The notes below the pieces were generated by a model. The model was not told where the DNA came from. It was given only the letters and a program-made list of their open reading frames with translations, and searched no databases. Positions 61,400-64,000 of a stretch of 64,000 bases of DNA are shown here, piece after piece (the stretch's first letter is position 1; every line of letters begins with the position of its first letter). The position numbers were made by a program, and so were the translations under genes. This DNA is from Felis catus (taxonomy: Eukaryota), in NCBI RefSeq assembly GCF_018350175.1, contig NC_058368.1:191520001-191584000 (forward strand). Reading direction: 5' to 3'.

Positions 61400-62750
61400 T
61401 TCAAAAAATACACAGGTGAGGAAAAACAGCCTATTATTTAACCTTGTTTACAACTTACCAATTTATTTTACCTCCCATTCCACCTTCTCTGTACCAGACC
61501 TTCTTTCTAGGATACTTTTCCTTTGTACAGTTTCCATAGTGAAGCTCTGTCTGGAAATGTCATTTATTTTGTTCTTATTATTAAAAGGGTAACAAGTCTT
61601 GCTTGACAGCTTATTTTCTCTCAGGTGTTTGAAGAGACCCTGCCAGGTCTTCTTCTTCCACTGCTGTCAAGGAACAGCCTCCCATCTGTGTTGATTGTGG
61701 TTCCTTTGTAGATGCCCTGTCTTTGCTCTCTAGATGCTTCTAAAACCTTCTACCATTTGTATGTTTACATTTCACTATGTTTTGCAATTTCACCACAACA
61801 TATCTCGGTATGGACTCATTATTTTTCTTGCTTGTACTTTCTGTATCTGGGGATTGACATCATCCATCGGTTTTAGAAAATTCTCAGACATTATCTCTTC
61901 AAATGTGTCTCTCCTCCATTTTGTTCCTTTTCTGGGGCTCCGATTAAGCATATAACAAACTTAGTCTGTTGTTGCAGGCTACCATTTTAAATAACTGCCT
62001 TTAGGGGTTCCCCGGGTGGCTCAGTCTGTTAAGCATCTCTTGGTTTCAGCTCAGGTCATGATCTCACGATTCATGGGATTGAGCCTACGTGGGGTTCCAC
62101 GCTGTCAGTGCTTGGGATTCTCTGTCTCCCTCTCTCTCTGCCCCTCCCTTGCTTGCTCTCTCTCTCTCTCTTGAAATAAATAAATAACTGCCTTTATTCC
62201 TTTGAGGATTCATCTCTCTTTATTTTATATTCTACATGTGCTAATTCCAATAACTAAAAAAGGGGGGGGGGTATTTCCTGCTTTGTTTTATGATATCTCT
62301 GATAATGGCTGGTTTTCTTGTGTATTTTTATCATCTTTGATTGTCGGATCACTTCTTTATCTTTACCCGTGGGATTCCTGTAGTCTCAAATAAGGCATGC
62401 TTTCCTTAGAGAGGATTTGCGGTTGCTTTTGCTGAAAGCCACAGGAGGCTACCAACCTAGGACCATTTGGTCCCCTTCTGGTCCTGATTTCATGCAGGGG
62501 TCAAGTTCTCATTTCTTGTTTCCAACCGGCTTACTCAAGGCTGATCCTCAGATACAGAGCTTTATGGGTATTTGCCTCAGAACAATTCTCGTCATCCTCA
62601 CTTGTTCCTTGCTCAGTACGTTCTACTTGAATTTCTGCTCAAGCTTTGTGTTTGTTTTCTTTGGGGTGGTGGTTGGGTATTTGGAGGGTTAGGGATTTCC
62701 CTTACTCCAAATCTAGCAGTTCATTAAACCTAGGTTTAACCATGATCTAC
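61400..62750 (-). mobile_element. Old L1M/HAL1 ORF1-region fossil
   Basis: CTCTGTCTGGAAATGTCATTTATTTTG..TTGACAGCTTATTTTCTCTCAG..GAAAATTCTCAGACATTATCTCTTCAAAT. Confidence 0.65.
62004..62183 (+). mobile_element. Can-SINE
   Basis: TSD AAATAACTGCCTTTA. Confidence 0.93.
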
Positions 62751-63980
62751 GTATTTTATACTTAGACCCTTTGAGACAGTCTGCCAAGTGAAAGCATAAA
62801 ATAACTATTTTTAATTTACTGTTGTAAGAGTTCAGTTGATATAATCCGGGTCATATAAAACTGTTCACTATCCATTATATGGTGGCTCTCTGATGACACG
62901 TTAGAAATGCCATCCAATTATGTCACTCCTACCTAATCACTTCCTTCTCTGGATCCTAGAGAATTCACTGTCTGCAAGCATCCAGTTTAAGTCTTAACTA
63001 TAAACAATAGTTTATCGTTCTCAATATGCTCTGGGTAAGTGTATGCAATCTCTAAGTTCTCCAAAGTCAGAAAGCATTGTCTTTACTTGTCTTCTATTCT
63101 CCCAGGACCCCAAGGACAAAAGTTCTTTGACCAAAAAATAATTGTTGGTAATTTCATGTGTTAAAAAAGAAAAGCTCACACAATTGAGTTAAAAATAGAA
63201 TTCTTGAAAACAAGCACAAAAGAGACACAATTACAGATCTTCTCTTTTCCAAAACAATTCATCCATTTATCACAAGTAAAATCAATGATGAGAAATATAA
63301 ATACCCAGCCCCCTTCTTAAAACTACAATTTAAACTGTTCACAGCAAAACTTCCTGGAGGAGGTGGGAGGGGAAAGGGTACCACCAATGCCTTGAGGGAA
63401 AATGAAACTCTTAACTTTGCACATAATAAATTGCATTTGTTTCTGTATGAATCTCCCTCTCTATCACATTCTTAAACAAGTGATGGGAAGCAGAAATCTA
63501 TTTCCTCCTCCAAGAGGAACAACCAAAACAGACCTAATGATACAAGCACAATCCCTTAGTGAATAAAATTACAAAGAGTCTAGCTACTCGGGTCCAATTT
63601 GTAATCAGAGCATCAAGCCATACTGTACGAAAATGTCAATTCTGGCGCAGCCTTGATGAGCTAAGATTGAACGCAGGGGCCAGTTTATCATATTCTCCCG
63701 ACTGCCCTCTTTTAAAGCTGGCAGGTTCAATTTGAGTACAAAAGCGTTTTCAGTTTGAGGGATTTTGCATCTGAAAAGGAACCACCGGACTGATAGTGTT
63801 TTTCACGGCTATGTTATTTTCTTAACAGAAATAAATGCACAGTAAACATCCAATATAAATATTTTCTCAAAATCAAGTAGTCCTATATATATGTTTCCAT
63901 AACACTCTTCCCTGGGATGTATAAAAATAAAAATCTTGCTAAGAGTTGAGATATTTTTGCTGTTAAAAATGTGTGTCCTT

Positions 63981-64000
63981 GGGGCGCCTGGGTGGTGCAG
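63981..64000 (+). mobile_element. Start of a SINEC_Fc, cut by the window edge
   Basis: GGGGCGCCTGGGTGGTGCAG. Confidence 0.85.

Overview
Mammalian genomic DNA from a felid, inferred from about 30 tRNA-derived Can-SINEs of the SINEC_Fc type and a young cat-type L1. I found no supportable protein-coding exon, RNA gene or CpG-island promoter. The ORF-track entries I could place are SINE, L1 or microsatellite translations; the rest resemble no protein I recognise. The window reads as a large intron or gene desert. It contains layered repeats: SINEC; several ages of L1; ERVK-like, ERV1, ERVL and MaLR solo LTRs; L2, MIR and CR1; hAT and Tigger fossils. Between them are repeat-free blocks rich in homeodomain-type motifs that look like conserved enhancers, the best at about 18.8-19.5 kb. 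Most notable: (1) a locally duplicated ~120-bp segment whose invariant core carries a minus-strand candidate micro-exon; (2) a solo LTR with a 6-bp TSD and TGTGGG...CCCACA ends (betaretrovirus-like) inside an L1; (3) a 147-bp L1 insertion with an apparent 17-nt 3' transduction; (4) a probable templated insertion copied from ~2 kb away; (5) very young nested and inverted SINEs. Repeat subfamily names are from memory of consensus sequences, boundaries of old repeats are approximate, and the host gene or locus could not be identified. I see no evidence of a new multi-gene system.
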